Positions 12,013 to 28,146 of a stretch of DNA of 64,000 nucleotides are shown one piece after another. How positions within the stretch are numbered: the first letter of the stretch is position 1; the number at the start of each line of letters is the position of its first letter. The notes below the pieces were generated by a model, which did not search any database, was not told the DNA's origin, and saw nothing but the letters and a program-made list of their open reading frames with translations. The DNA is taken from assembly GCA_951406725.2 (NCBI GenBank), contig OX597824.1:34038001-34102000 (forward strand), in the 5' to 3' direction. The stretch is from Octopus vulgaris (lineage: Eukaryota). A program made the translations under genes and the position numbers.

Positions 12013-12058
12013 TCTCTGATGATTGCATATCCCTAATATTCCAGAAACTGTTGTAAGA
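12013..12058 (+). ncRNA. Degenerate type I hammerhead motif
   Basis: TCT-CTGATGA-TTGCATAT-CCCTA-ATATTCCA-GAAAC-TGTT-GTA-AGA. Core intact, stem II has two mismatches. Lies downstream of a long pyrimidine-rich tract (~11480-11730). Confidence 0.65.
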
Positions 12059-12449
12059 CTAGCTTTCTGGTTATGCATGTCCTGAAAATACAGTATAGCC
12101 CTGGCTTTGTTGTATCATTTTATTTAACACACACACACAAACATACATACATATATAGCATCATCATCATCATCATCGTTTAACATATATATATATGTAT
12201 GTGTGTATATGTATGTATGTGCATATATATACATATGTATGTGTTTATATATGTATGTGTATATATATGTATGTGTATATATATATGTACGTATGTATAT
12301 AGATGTATATATATGTATGTATATAGATGTATATATATGTATGTATATATAGATGTATATATATATGTATGTGCATATATATATATATATGTCTATATAT
12401 ATGTATGTGTATATACATATGTATATATGTATATATATATATATATACA

Positions 12450-12858
12450 AATTGCAGATGTGTTACCAGTGCCGGTGGCATGTAAGAGAACCTTCCGTTT
12501 CACGACCGTTGCCAGCACCGCCCCGACTGACCTCGTGCCGATGCACGTAAAAAGCACCATCCGTTCGTGTCCATTGCCAGCCTCGCCTGGCCCTCGTGCC
12601 GGTGGCACATAAAAAGCACCATCCGTTCGTGGCCGTTTGCCAGCTCTGTCTGGCACCTGTGCGTGTGGCACGTAAAAAGCACCCACTACACTCACGGAGT
12701 GGTTGGCGTTAGGAAGGGCATCCAGCCGTAGAAACACTGCCAGATTTGACTGGGCCTGATGAAGCCTTCTGGCTTCACAGACCCCAGTAGAACCGTCCAA
12801 CCCATGCTAGCATGGAAAACGGACGCTAAACGATGATGATGATGATGATGATGATGAT
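12450..12858 (+). mobile_element. RTE-tail SINE with internal ~60-65-bp imperfect repeats
   Basis: Repeated GGCACGTAAAAAGCACC-like motif and a (GAT)n tail. Confidence 0.75.
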
Positions 12859-12866
12859 ACATATAT

Positions 12867-13711
12867 ATCTAATATAGGATAGAATTTTTGAAAATATTTT
12901 ACGAATGGCCAGCATATTAAAAAAATACTTTTAAAGGTTAAATTTATAAACAACTTATAAACAACGGCAAAAGAAAACAATTTCAATGCCAAATATGCCG
13001 AAATAGACTTAATCGTCAATAACCACATAATTTATTACTATAAGCATGCGTCTCGAAAGCAAGCCAATAGAAATTTCTAAAAAGATTTCATTATTGTCGG
13101 ATCAGTCCCAATTTCTGAGTTAATTTATTTAGACTTTTCTTGTCATCAGCAATAAATATGATAAGAAAATAAATGAGATACTTACTTGTACCCATGGAAG
13201 AAGTAAACACTAAGTCATGAGCACACTTAAGTACCCCAAATATATCCAAAATAGAAATTCCACAGCATACCTCGAGACACGTGTGATCGGACTAAAAATT
13301 CTCATAGAGTGAGAGAGTCCGGAAGTGAATAGTATTAAATTTACATCTAATATAGGATAAAATTTTTGAAAAAATTTTATCAATGGCTTGCTTTCGAGAC
13401 ACGTGCTTATAGTGATAAATTATATGGTTATTGACAATTAAGTCTATTTAGTCTATTTTCGGCATATTTGCTATTGAAATTTTTTCCTTTTGCCCTTGTT
13501 TATAGGTTGTTTATAAATTTAACATTTAAAGGTATTTTTTTAATATGTTGGCCATTGATAAAATTTTTTCAAACATTTTATCCTATATTAGATGTAAATT
13601 TAATATTATTCACTTCTGGACTCTCTCACTCTATGAGAATTTTCAGTCCAATCACATGTGTCTCGAGGTATGCTGTGGAATTTCTATTTTGGATATATTT
13701 GGGGTACTTAA

Positions 13712-13713
<2 letters not shown>
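12867..13713. mobile_element. Tandem (478-bp period) plus inverted-copy element between microsatellites, PLE pLTR-like architecture
   Basis: ATCTAATATAGGATA occurs at 12867 and 13345. 13385-13711 is the inverse of 12867-13066 plus 13226-13387. Confidence 0.7.
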
Positions 13714-13754
<41 letters not shown>

Positions 13755-13755
<1 letters not shown>

Positions 13756-14373
13756 CAAAGTAGAGATGTGGGTTATCGCACGAGTGGAATTATATACGAA
13801 AGAAGGTTTGAAAATGCAATTTAAAAGATGTTTATATACTTAACCGGTTTCACTCTTTGGAAAAAGATTGTCAAAAGTAACATAGAATATTATGAATTCA
13901 AAAAAGTTGTTTACATAATTGCCACATTACATGTATATATACAGTCTTTGGTAACAGGGACATGTTAAGGACATAAAGAAGTACAACAGTGTGATGAGAA
14001 TATTTGAAGAAATGGGCAGAAAAGAATAAAACAAATATATTATTGGAAGTTTGGTTGCGTTAATTATTGGTTGTTGCAAATTGCCAATAATTTGCAACAA
14101 CCAATAATTAACGCAACCAAACTTCCAATAATATATTTGTTTTATTCTTTTCTGCCCATTTCTTCAAATATTCTCATCACACTGTTGTACTTCTTTATGT
14201 CCTTAACATGTCCCTGTTACCAAAGACTGTATATATACATGTAATGTGGCAATTATGTAAACAACTTTTTTGAATTCATAATATTCTATGTTACTTTTGA
14301 CAATCTTTTTCCAAAGAGTGAAACCGGTTAAGTAAATAAACATCTTTTAAATTGCATTTTCAAACCTTCTTTC
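13755..14373. mobile_element. Palindromic hammerhead-bearing element flanked by (TA)n
   Basis: Arms 13798-14082 / 14089-14373 (285 bp, one mismatch seen, 6-nt spacer). The minus arm extends to 13755. Confidence 0.85.
14291..14335 (+). ncRNA. Minimal hammerhead motif, U3-A8 variant
   Basis: TTACTT-TTGACAA-TCTTT-TTCC-AAAGA-GT-GAAAC-CG-GT-T-AAGTAA. Stem III is the palindrome ACCGGT. Mirror copy at 13836-13880 on the minus strand. Confidence 0.7.
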
Positions 14374-14395
14374 ATATATATATATATATATATAG

Positions 14396-14716
14396 CCTTT
14401 TATTCTTCTATTTGTCTCAGTCATTTGACTACGGCCATGCTGGAGCACTACCTTTAGTCAAGCAAATTGACCCCAGGATTTATTCTTTGTAAGCTTAGTA
14501 CTTATTCTATTGGTCTCTCTTGCCAAACGGCTAAGTGACGGGGATGTAAGCACACCAGCATCAGTTGTCAAGTGATGTTGGGGGGGACAAACACAGACAC
14601 ACTAACACACACACACACACACACACTCACACGCACACACACATATATATATGACGGGCTTCTTTCAGTTTCCATCTACCAAATCCACTCACAAGGCTTT
14701 GCTCAGCCCGAGGCTA
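14396..14716 (-). mobile_element. SINE family A copy (5'-truncated)
   Basis: Reverse complement of the family A body and tail. Confidence 0.75.
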
Positions 14717-14832
14717 TGATGATGATGATGATGATATATGTATATATATATATGTATATATGTATGTGTATGTTTAATTATATATATGTATATATGTTTG
14801 TGCATATATATATATATATATATATGTATATG

Positions 14833-14872
<40 letters not shown>

Positions 14873-15189
14873 TGTATGTGTGTGTATATATATATATTGT
14901 TGTTGTTTGTTCCTTCTCAAGCCATGCCTGACTCATAAGGGCCAGTTTCCATATATATGTATATATATGTATATATATATTTATATGTGTATATGAATGT
15001 ATGTGTGTATATATATGTGTGTGTGTATATGTATGTATATTTATATATATATCTGTATGTATGTATGTGTATATATATATATATTTATATATGTATATAT
15101 ATATTTATATATGAATATATATATATGTATATATATATATTTATATATGTATATATATATTTATATATGTATATATATATTTATATATG

Positions 15190-15236
<47 letters not shown>

Positions 15237-15880
15237 AGATAGAGATATACATATATATATATATATATATATAAAGATAGAGATATACATATATATATTT
15301 ATATATGCATATATATATATATATCACACATATATATATATTTATATCATATTTAAGAAGTATACTTACATATGGATACCCAAAGATATATTTGTACTTA
15401 TACATTAAGTGTAAATGCATTTATGTGCATACACGTGTATGTATGTGTGTGTGTGAGAGAGAGTGTGTGTGCATTATACTTAAGTGTATGAGAGCACTAG
15501 CAGGGGTCTCTTTGTACCCTAATTTCCTTATTAACACATTCTACACTCCCATCCTGCTCTAGCTTTCCTAACGCACCCTAAATTTAGACTGACTTACAAG
15601 CTAACATGTACACATATGATCATACACATTGATCTCCTGCCAACAATTGACATCTTTAGGTCTTTGCTATTTGTTATATTAAAACATATGCTGAAGCAAA
15701 AAGCAGCTTTTTTGTTTTCTTAGTGAAGCATAAAGTGTAAGGAAACATTTAAATATTGAATTACTCGCAAAATCTCTCTACTTATATTGGAGACAGGTTT
15801 ATATCATTTGTAGTTAACTAAGCTCTAGGATTAAAGTTACCTGTACCAATGTGCATATATATACAAACATACATACATAC

Positions 15881-15977
<97 letters not shown>

Positions 15978-15980
15978 TAT

Positions 15981-16640
15981 AAATCCTTAAATCCTTAAAT
16001 CCTTAAAAATGTTTTAGCCCGAAGGCCGCGGCCATGCTGGGGCACCACCGCTGAATGAGCTACACTAGTTTGTGAATCCACCTCTGATACATGGCACTTG
16101 ATCAACAAGGGAGTTCGATGCTGCTGCCCGCATCCATGTCTCCTGTCGTGAGGTAGGTTCATCTGGGACTCCCAACAAGAAGAGATCCAGTTTAGTTTTA
16201 AAGAAACCCACATCCACACCATGTAAGTCTCTCAGGCATTTAGGGAGGATGTTAAAGAGCTGTGGTCCTCTGAAACCCAAGCTGTTGCAGTATCTGGACC
16301 TGTATTTTGATGGTGATGTTGGAATCCTTGGCACCACGCAGCGGCGCCCGTTCTGCGGTTGGAGTAACTTTGAATGCCAAAGTTTGGGACAAGACCCTCC
16401 AGGATTTTCCAGATGTATATCACTGCATATCTCTCCCGCCTCCGCTCCAGGGAGAAGAGGTTTAATACCTTCAGTCTTTCCCAGTAGCTGACATTTTGCA
16501 TTGAGACGATTTTTTTTGTGTAGCTTCTCTGAGTTGCTTCGAGTTCTGCTGTTTGTTTTATATTGTGTGGTGACCAAAGTTGGGAGCAGTAGTCCAAGCG
16601 GCTGAGGACAAATGTTTTCCATAGGACCATCAGTGTCTCC
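15981..16640 (-). pseudogene. CR1-group LINE 3' end with (AAGGATTT)n tail
   Basis: [40 protein letters not shown], then frameshifted GPQLFNILPKCLRD..FKTKLDLFL..PDEP. AAATCCTT x3 at ~15981-16005. Confidence 0.85.
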
Positions 16641-16654
16641 TTCTCTCTATATAT

Positions 16655-16737
<83 letters not shown>

Positions 16738-16789
16738 TATATATATATATACACACACATATATATATATATATACACACACATATATA

Positions 16790-18000
<1,211 letters not shown>

Positions 18001-20325
18001 TTTGATAGGTTTCGGCCATTATTGGCCCAGGCCATGTCCAACTTAATAGCACCACCTGGTGAAGTCTTTCAAGTCAGAATTTGGGCACTATGGCCCACTC
18101 AAGTAGAGAGTTATTGTTTACAGAGACATATCCGGGTGTAGGGGGTTTATCCGGGATTTCTTGAAGGAATCTGTCCAGAGACTTCTTGAACCCTATAGGG
18201 TCAGTTTCTGTTTTAATGTGTTTTGGTGTAATGTTAAAGAGAGCGGGGCCAATTGAGGTGAAATAATTGTGCCGTATTGTTGTTATGAGATGAGAGTGCG
18301 ATTTTTGTTTTGGGCGGATGGCACGGGGCCCAAGCCTTGGATGTACCTTAAAGGTGATGCCAACATCATTTGGGCAATGCTGATGGAATATTTTCCACAT
18401 CATGCAGATGATGTAGCGCTCACGACGACGTTGGAGAGAATAAAGTTTTAGCTTTTCTAGTCGACCCCAATAGTCGAGGCCTGTCATGCCTTCTATCTTT
18501 TTTGTGATTGCCCTTTGAGGTGCTTCAACTTTTATGATACCTTTTATTGTGTGGGGAGACGACAGTGGACAACAGTATTCAAGGTGGGGTCGGGCAAAAG
18601 TGGAGAAGAGAAGGATAATGGTGTGGATATCTCTCGACTGGAAAGTTCTGAGAATCCAGGAACACATTCTGCGGGCCATGTCAACTTTGGTGTTTATATG
18701 AGTGGCCCAGCTTATGTTGTTGTCCACAATTACTCCCAAGTCTCTGATGTTGTTGGACGCCGCGAGAGTTTCACCTGAAGGAAGGGAGTATGGGAGTTTC
18801 AGGGCATCCTCTTTTCCAAAGTTGATTAACTCAAATTTATCCTTGTTCAGCAGCATATTGTTTTTTTCTGCCCATTGGATAACAGCCAGTAGATCTGACT
18901 GAAGGCATGTCTGGTCACTCGCCTCATTTATGACCTTCTGTAGCTTGGAATCATCTGCAAAGATTTTTATGTTGCTGTGCTTGATGATGTCATTAATGTC
19001 ATTAATGTAAATGATGAAAAGAAGTGGGCCCAGCACAGTGCCTTGCGGAACACCACTACTGACTTTGGCTGGGCTTGATTTTACCCCTTCAACTACAACA
19101 TGTTGAGATCTGTCTGTCAGGAAACACTTGATCCATTTCAGTAACTTTCCAGAGACACCAATGTTGGATAGTTTTTTCAATAGGATCTTGTGATCGACCC
19201 TGTCGAAGGCCTTACTGAAATCAAGGTAGATGACATCGGTGTTGGAGCCCTCTCCCAAAGCTCTCAAAATGTCATCAAAGTGATGCAGGAGCTGCGTTAG
19301 GCAGTCCCTTCCATTACGGAACCCATGTTGGTTAGAGATCAGCCGTCTGTTGCTTTCCAGAAATTGGGTTATTCGAGATCTCACCACCCTCTCAAATACC
19401 TTGATGATATGAGAGGTGAGTGAGATCGGACGGTAGTTCACTGCAAGGGACTTGTTTCCCTTTTTGAAAACTGGGACAACAGACTGGGACAGAAGGTTTT
19501 TTGGAATATAGCCAGCATCCAGTGAGTTTCTCCACAGATTAGCAAGGGGAGGTGCAAGTTGGTGTCGACACACCTTCAGGACACAAGCAGGGAACCTATC
19601 GGGCCTACTGCTGAATTGTGTTTTATTTCGTTTATCGCCACTAAGACATCAGGGGCACTAAACGTTATGTCCGATATAGTGTGTTGGGGGTTGACATCAC
19701 TGATACAGCCCAGATCGGCCATATCAGGATTGCTGAAAACAGAGCAGTATTGTTTCTGCAGTATCTCGGCCATGGATTTGGCATTATCTTGAAGAGTGCC
19801 AGTTTCATCAATTAGAGGGCCAACAATGGAGACAGTGACCCTGCGTTTCCTCGCAAATGAAAAGAACACTTTGGGGTTGAGTTTGATTTTTTCAATGGCC
19901 CACTTCTCCTCAGCTGATCTTTGGTTATTGATGAGGGTCTTCATGCATTGTTGGAGGTTATATTTTTTGGATTCAAGCAGTGCGATAGCCGTCGAATGTG
20001 TGTGTTGCTGTTGGCAGTACTTTAGTTTGTTAATTTTTTTGTTTGTTCTTTTTATTTTTCTGATAATGGTTTTCTGTTTTGGGGGATTCTGCACTTTTTG
20101 TTCACAGGTCTTGGTGGGGAGTGTTTTGCACATATGTCTGTGACGGTGTCTACAAAGATCTGCCAGGATGTTTTATGGTTGGTGGAGATGTGTGTATGTG
20201 TAAAGGACCAGTCAACATGTGATAGCTCGTTCCTGATTGCATCCCAGTTGGCATTATGGAGATCCATGTTGTCAACTGGGTGGGCTGGAGGGAGGTCACT
20301 AGGATTAGCTTTCGGCTGGTGGAAT
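18001..20325 (-). mobile_element. 5'-truncated CR1-group LINE; ORF2 reverse transcriptase open over 18074-19573, frameshifted upstream
   Basis: NYRPISLTS, QHGFRNGR, YLDFSKAFDRV, SGVPQGTVLGPLLF, FADDSKL, RDLGV, LEYCCPL. Flanked by (TA)n on both sides. Confidence 0.93.
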
Positions 20326-21722
<1,397 letters not shown>

Positions 21723-21723
21723 T

Positions 21724-22005
<282 letters not shown>

Positions 22006-22008
22006 ATG

Positions 22009-22039
<31 letters not shown>

Positions 22040-22085
22040 ATGTATATATATATACATATATATATGTATATTTATATATATATAC

Positions 22086-22134
<49 letters not shown>

Positions 22135-22261
22135 CTCTTTTACTTGTTTCAGTCATTTGACTGTGGCCATGCTGGTGCACCTTCTTTAGTCAAGCATATC
22201 GACCCTAGAACTTATTCTTTGTAAGCCTAGTTCTTATTCTATCGGTCTCTTTTGCTGAATA

Positions 22262-25200
22262 TCCTACCTAAATAAGATCTGTATGAACCATCATTATTAG
22301 GCCACATCTACTGTGGAACGAGCTGTTCATCCAGTCTATATCAGTCTACTAGGTTATAGCTCCCTAGTAGCCTTTTAAGGCCAGGACTTCCCCTTCTATC
22401 TATCAAGTCAACACTATCCACACATGCGTCAAGAATAGTGTTAAAATCTCCTGCTAAAACTAGATTTTATGACGTTACCAGAAAGCTCTCCAGGTCTTAA
22501 AAAACCCAGCTTATCTACACTCACTAGGAGCGTAAACAGCTACCAGCCTGAAGGAGTTCTCACTTGCGTATGTCACATTTAGGACGATCAGCTTACATTC
22601 TGTTTCCAGAAAGACTGTACTTACCTGTACGTCCAAGTTTTTCTGAACAAGACCATCACGCCCCTGCCTCCCCGTCGACTAGGAGAAATAAATTTCTCAA
22701 AGCCATTTAGAAGAGGTAAGAACACCTGTGGCCTGTTCAACTTGCACTCAGTCACCACACGTATCAATTTCTAGTGACCTGAGGTCATCCAGGAGACAAG
22801 TTTGCTTCCATTTCAACCCTAGGCCACAAACATTTATACAACCTAACTTAATTTCCATGGTAAAAATAAGAAACTTACATTTTGAACATGGGGAGGGGCT
22901 GCACGAATTCACCAGCTTCCCCTTCCTTTTCTTTCTGAGGTGTAGCCGCTGGGCTAAGCACAAGTCGTTTATTGGCCATCTCTTGGTTAACATCTTGTAT
23001 GTCCTGTGAGTATATCATTTTAGATTGTTCAAATAAGTCTGCTTCTATCCTTGCCAACCGTATATTCGGTGGCATACCTTGTATTGTTCATAAAATATAC
23101 AATTTTTTATGCACAGTTATTATTCTCACAAGAACATCATTTTTCTCATTGTACTTCGAAATCCTTTCTCTTAGAGCATTTTTGGAGCGGGGTGGTTGGT
23201 GACGGGTTTCAACTTGGGGGTGGATTGGGGAGATTTTTTCTGTGTGTTTTGCATTGTGTGTAAATATTTTCTTTGTCAGGGGAGGGGAGTCTGGGGCATG
23301 GGCTTTTTTTTCTTTTATGTGAAATCACTGTGGTAAATTCCATTTCCTCTTCGGCTTCCTTCTGTTGTGTGTTTTCTACATTTTGTTCATCCCTTTCTTC
23401 GGCTTTTTCTGTGACGCTTTCTGTGATGCTTTCCATTGCTTTCTTGTTATTTTCTTTTTTTCTTTTTTTTTTTTTTTTATTTTTTCACAGTCCAAGCGAA
23501 TGTACCCTTTTTCTCCACATTTAAAACATCTGGCTCTATGTCCCTCGACTGATACTTTAGCGCTTAGTCCCTCCTCTATAAAAATGCGGTCTGACCTTGA
23601 TTCAAGCACATCATTTGAGGCTTGAACCACCATCTCAAGTGCTTGGCCTTTCCAGTTTAGAGCCTCTCTCTTTTTCATCTGGAGTATTGTTATCTCCCCC
23701 TCTGCATCATAAATTACAGCCGCTGCCATCCATGTTATGTCTTAACCAGCTGGTATTTCCTCTATAGTTATTTTTGTAGTTCTCCGGCCTAGGTAGGTCG
23801 GGAGCAACATTATCTCATCACTTTTTAGAGTTTGGGTCGATATTTCTTTTGCTATTTCAGCGTTCTCAAATTGTGCCTCAACAGTGGTGCTTCTTGGTCC
23901 TCGACCGACATAGGTAATTTTTCCCCATATGGGGGCAAGGCACTTTTCTACTATTTCATTCCTCACAGGCATAATTCTTTTTTCCTTCTGGTTATATTAG
24001 GTTGTCAAGAAAGTTCTTGTGGAATTTTTAATTTTGGTTTTAAATGTTGTATTTTCAAATTAAATTTCATTAAATTACTTTGACTTTATATATCATTTTA
24101 AACCCCATTTTTCGCTCTATTGAATCATGCTACTCTTTTTCTTTTTGAATAATTAGGCCATTTTTTCCAGAACGTTGACTACAACATGGACAAAGAGCAA
24201 ATTCACACAATTTTCTTATTTCAGTTCAAGCTAGGGCAAAAAGCTGCTGAAACAGCTCGCAATATCAATGATGCATTTGGCCCAGGAACCACTCATGAAC
24301 GTAGTGGTGATGAGAGTCTTGAAGATGATAAGCGTAGTGGTCAGCCATCGAATGTTGACAACGATCAACTAAGAGCCTTAGTGGAAGCCAATTCATGCAC
24401 AACTGTTCGAGAGCTTGCTTCTGAATTAGACGTAATGTATACAATTTCCAGCCACTTGAAAGAGATTGGAAAAACAAAAATACTTGAGAAATGGGTGCTG
24501 CAAAAATTGAACAACAACCAAAAAAAAAAACGCCATTTTGAAGTGTCATTTTTTCCTACTTTTATGCAACAAAAACAACCTGTTTCTTAACCGGATTGTG
24601 ACTTTCAATGTAAAGTGGATTCTTTACAACAATTGGCAATGCTCAGCACAGTGGTTGGATGCCGACAAAGCTCCACGGCACTTCCCAAAGCCAAAGTTGC
24701 ACCAAAAGAAGGCCATGGTGACTGTTTGGTGGTCTGCAGCCAGTTTCATCCATCACAGCTTTTTGGATCCAGGAGAAACCATTATGGCGGAGAAGTACTG
24801 TCAGCAAATGGATGAAATACCTAAGAAACTCCGACAGCAACAGCCAACATTGGTTAATAGAAAAGGACCAATTCTTCTCCATGACAACACTCAGCCACAC
24901 GTCGCACAACTGACCCTGCAGAAGTTGGGCAAATTGGGCTATGAAACTCTGCCTCATCCACCATACTCACCAGACCTCTCGCCTACCGACTACCACTTTT
25001 TCAAGCATCTCGACAACTTCCTGCATGAGAAATGCTTCAAAAACCAAGACGATGCCAAACACGCCTTCAATGACTTCATCACCACCAGAACACAGGATTT
25101 TTACACTACTGGCATAAATAAACATGTTTTGTGTTGGCAAAAGTGTGTTGATTCTAATGGTGCTTATTTCAACTAATAAAGTTTTGTTTGAGCTGAGATA

Positions 25201-25800
25201 TGTGCATCTGAATTCAAAGGTTAAAAACCACAAGAACTTTCTTGACAACCTAATATATTTTATAGACTACCGTTCTGGCAGCTAAGTTTTGTAACATATC
25301 CTGTGGTGGCAACAGTTTTGTTTCGTTGCCACTTTTTTCGATGAGGTTTCGTAATTTAAACAGTTGTTCCTTTGACACCTCCAATTCACAAAAATTACCA
25401 TTAGCAGCAGCAGAGAAACTGGGTTTTTCCTTTTCTTCCTGGTTACCAATTTGGTTACTTTCTTTCATTACCGAGAAATCCTCGTTTGAGAACAGAATTC
25501 AGTATTTGAAAGCAAATTTGATTCCATTTTTACAATTGGCTTCTGAATTCCAAAGAAAAGCATAAATATTTTTGTCAAAAATGACAAAAATTAAGTTTTT
25601 ACCCTGCAACAGGTACAAAACATTCCAAAAAAGTTGTGCAAAAAACAATTTTCTGCCCCAAACAACAACAGTTCAATTTCAACATGAGCTCAAATATAAT
25701 AATTTCAACAGATAAATCAACAACAAAAATATATTAACCAAATAAATTCACTGAGCAACAACAACCGAACACAGAAGAGTGACACACCGGTTGATGATGG
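22262..25800 (-). mobile_element. L1/Tx1-like LINE 5' half (ORF1 with zinc knuckle, ORF2 AP-endonuclease start), interrupted by a mariner
   Basis: ORF1 pieces include RARCFKCGEKGYIRLDC (degenerate CCHC). ORF2 starts MEIKLGCINVCGL and later reads FRLVAVYAP and LVLAGDFN. Contains stops and frameshifts; outer limits approximate. Confidence 0.8.
23997..25253 (+). mobile_element. Full-length defective mariner (DD34D, Hsmar1/cecropia-like)
   Basis: Perfect 26-bp TIRs TTAGGTTGTCAAGAAAGTTCTTGTGG and TA target duplication. Transposase 24186-25176 has a frameshift near 24530 and motifs LLHDNTQPH and YSPDLSPTDYHFF; the first catalytic D region is mutated. Confidence 0.95.
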
Positions 25801-26850
25801 GAAGTGGTTTTCAATGCAAATATATATATACTTTTTCCAGTGATGGAAAGTCACTGATCTCAAAAAAGTGGGACACAAGCAATAATAAATCTCTGAGCAA
25901 GGTATAAACAATAGCTGCACGACATTGTGAAGTATATTTGCTACCTAAATGTGGCTAACCCTTAAGGGTCAATGCTACTGTAGCTTGTAGCCCCAGGAAG
26001 ACATCTCCTTCAGCTGGCTATTGACACACTTTCTGTGTTTTATTCAAATTAAGCATGCAAACTGTGTATTTCTATTGAAAATATGAATAGATGTTTAAGA
26101 TCTACACTAATTAAATATCAAATAAAATGCCTAAGCACACAACTAAGAAAATCACAAAATTCACTGAACAAAATATCAATGCCCAACCTTTCACATTGAA
26201 TCGTTTTCAGTGACTAATGAGGAAACAGCTGATACTGCTCAAGCTTATAGAGTTTGGTGCACTAACTGCACCAGAATTTGAACTGACTTAAGTTTTGTTT
26301 CTTACTTCTAAAAGTGTATTATTAGTTTTAAAAACAAATTAAGATCAAAGTTATATGATGATATCGTAAGAAAAAATTATTGTAAAAAAAATTAGCTCTG
26401 CGTTAGAAATTTTGAATTAATTTAAATGTACAATTATTGTAAGAAAAAATTAGTTTTAGTTTAGGAATTTTAAATTAATTAAACCGTACAACTTCTCGCC
26501 ATGAAAATGAGCATGCAACCATGCAGTAAAAGCTGTCGCTCACCCTTCACCATCGATTTTTTGCCTTTCTTCCATTATCCTACAATACACCTGGTACCAT
26601 ATAATGATACAATGCACTGTGAGGTGTGCAGTGTTATTTCAGGACACCCACCACCAAATTTCAAACAGGGGTACAACAAAAAATTTCCATTATGATATGT
26701 GATTAAATTAATGAATAAGGTTAATATTTATAATGAATTTGGTATTTTCAATGAGTGTGCAGTGCACACCTAACACACCCAGAATATACGCTCCTGATAT
26801 ATATGTGTGTATACATATATATATTTTAAAGTTAGATAAGGCCAGTTTAT

Positions 26851-26898
26851 GGGATCACCTTAGGTTTCATGTCCATAAAGGGTTTGTCATTAGATCCC
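26851..26898 (-). ncRNA. Decayed hammerhead motif (same family as 29131-29389)
   Basis: GGGAT-CTAATGA-CAAACC-CTTTATGGACAT-GAAAC-CTAAG-GT-G-ATCCC. The 5' strand of stem II is missing. Confidence 0.55.
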
Positions 26899-27057
26899 AA
26901 AATCTGTTGGCTAAAGGCTTCTCAGGAGAGATATACACCATAATGTTACACCATGACGAAACACCATAAAGCTCTATAACTTCTTTTTTCAGATTAGTGT
27001 TTATGGATGATTGAGATATATATATATCACCTGCCACTTCAATGTGACAACTTGTTT

Positions 27058-27116
<59 letters not shown>

Positions 27117-27507
27117 CATATATGTATATGTTTGCTCTTTTCTATTTTCAATTATTTGAATTCTTTTAGTAAGGAAGGAGCTGGTTTCTAACAAATATAC
27201 AAACTTCCTTCTTTGGAAAGCATATAACAAAAAGAAATTCATGTTTAAAACTTGAGAAAGGTTTTGTATATTCTTACTGTTTAGCTTATAAATTCTGTTT
27301 GTAATGGGCAAATTAGCTGGTTAATTTCTTTTTCTGAAAACACTAACTTTTGTAGATTGTTATTCATGCATCCAAGTGCACTATTTATTATCAGTATTTA
27401 GTATAAAGGTAAATTTATAATCTGAGCATAGAAGCTGGAGTTTTCAAATCAGCTGTCCATAGTCATCCTCTTTTTCTTTGCTTTTTGAAGAGGCATTGTA
27501 TATATAC

Positions 27508-27561
<54 letters not shown>

Positions 27562-27577
27562 CTTTTTGTGTGAATAC

Positions 27578-27608
<31 letters not shown>

Positions 27609-27700
27609 TGTGTGTATGTATGTAATGTACAAATGTATGTATTCGTATGCTATATGTTAAAATGTGATAAATAACAGATGTACATTTTTTTTCTTTTCAG

Positions 27701-27763
27701 AAAAATTTAATGCAAAGCTACGTCAGGATATTTTAAAGCATAACACTTTAGAAAACTATTCAG
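27701..27763 (+). CDS. Candidate 63-nt host-gene exon (phase 1-1), product unknown
   Basis: Strong acceptor TTTTTTTTCTTTTCAG and donor CAG|GTGAGC. Open frame KFNAKLRQDILKHNTLENYS in non-repetitive context. Confidence 0.5.
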
Positions 27764-28103
27764 GTGAGCCTTTGGACAGAAGCCTATTACCAGCAAATGA
27801 ATTCAGACTCAGTTTAGCTGAGTAGATTTATTTGATTGAAAATATTAGAAAGAAATCCTTCGTTATGCGGAATAAATATTTAATTTATATATTAGAAATA
27901 ATTCATGGTTATGACTGGGGAAGTAGTTGATATTACTAAGTGAACAATGACAATGGTATACTGAAATATTTAGGTGAGGACATTCCTGAGATACTTTTTA
28001 TGTATAGCTCAGGAAAGTAAAGGAAATTTTTTAGATCACATTGGGATGTAGATTGGCATCGTTTCCATGTACCTCTGCATTTCAATAAAATCTAGATATC
28101 AAA

Positions 28104-28141
<38 letters not shown>

Positions 28142-28146
<5 letters not shown>

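Noticed and set aside
12470-12690. Regularly spaced GGCACGTAAAAAGCACC motifs resembling a CRISPR array
   Set aside because: The spacers resemble each other, the motif is internal to a dispersed RTE-tail repeat, the context is eukaryotic and there are no cas genes.
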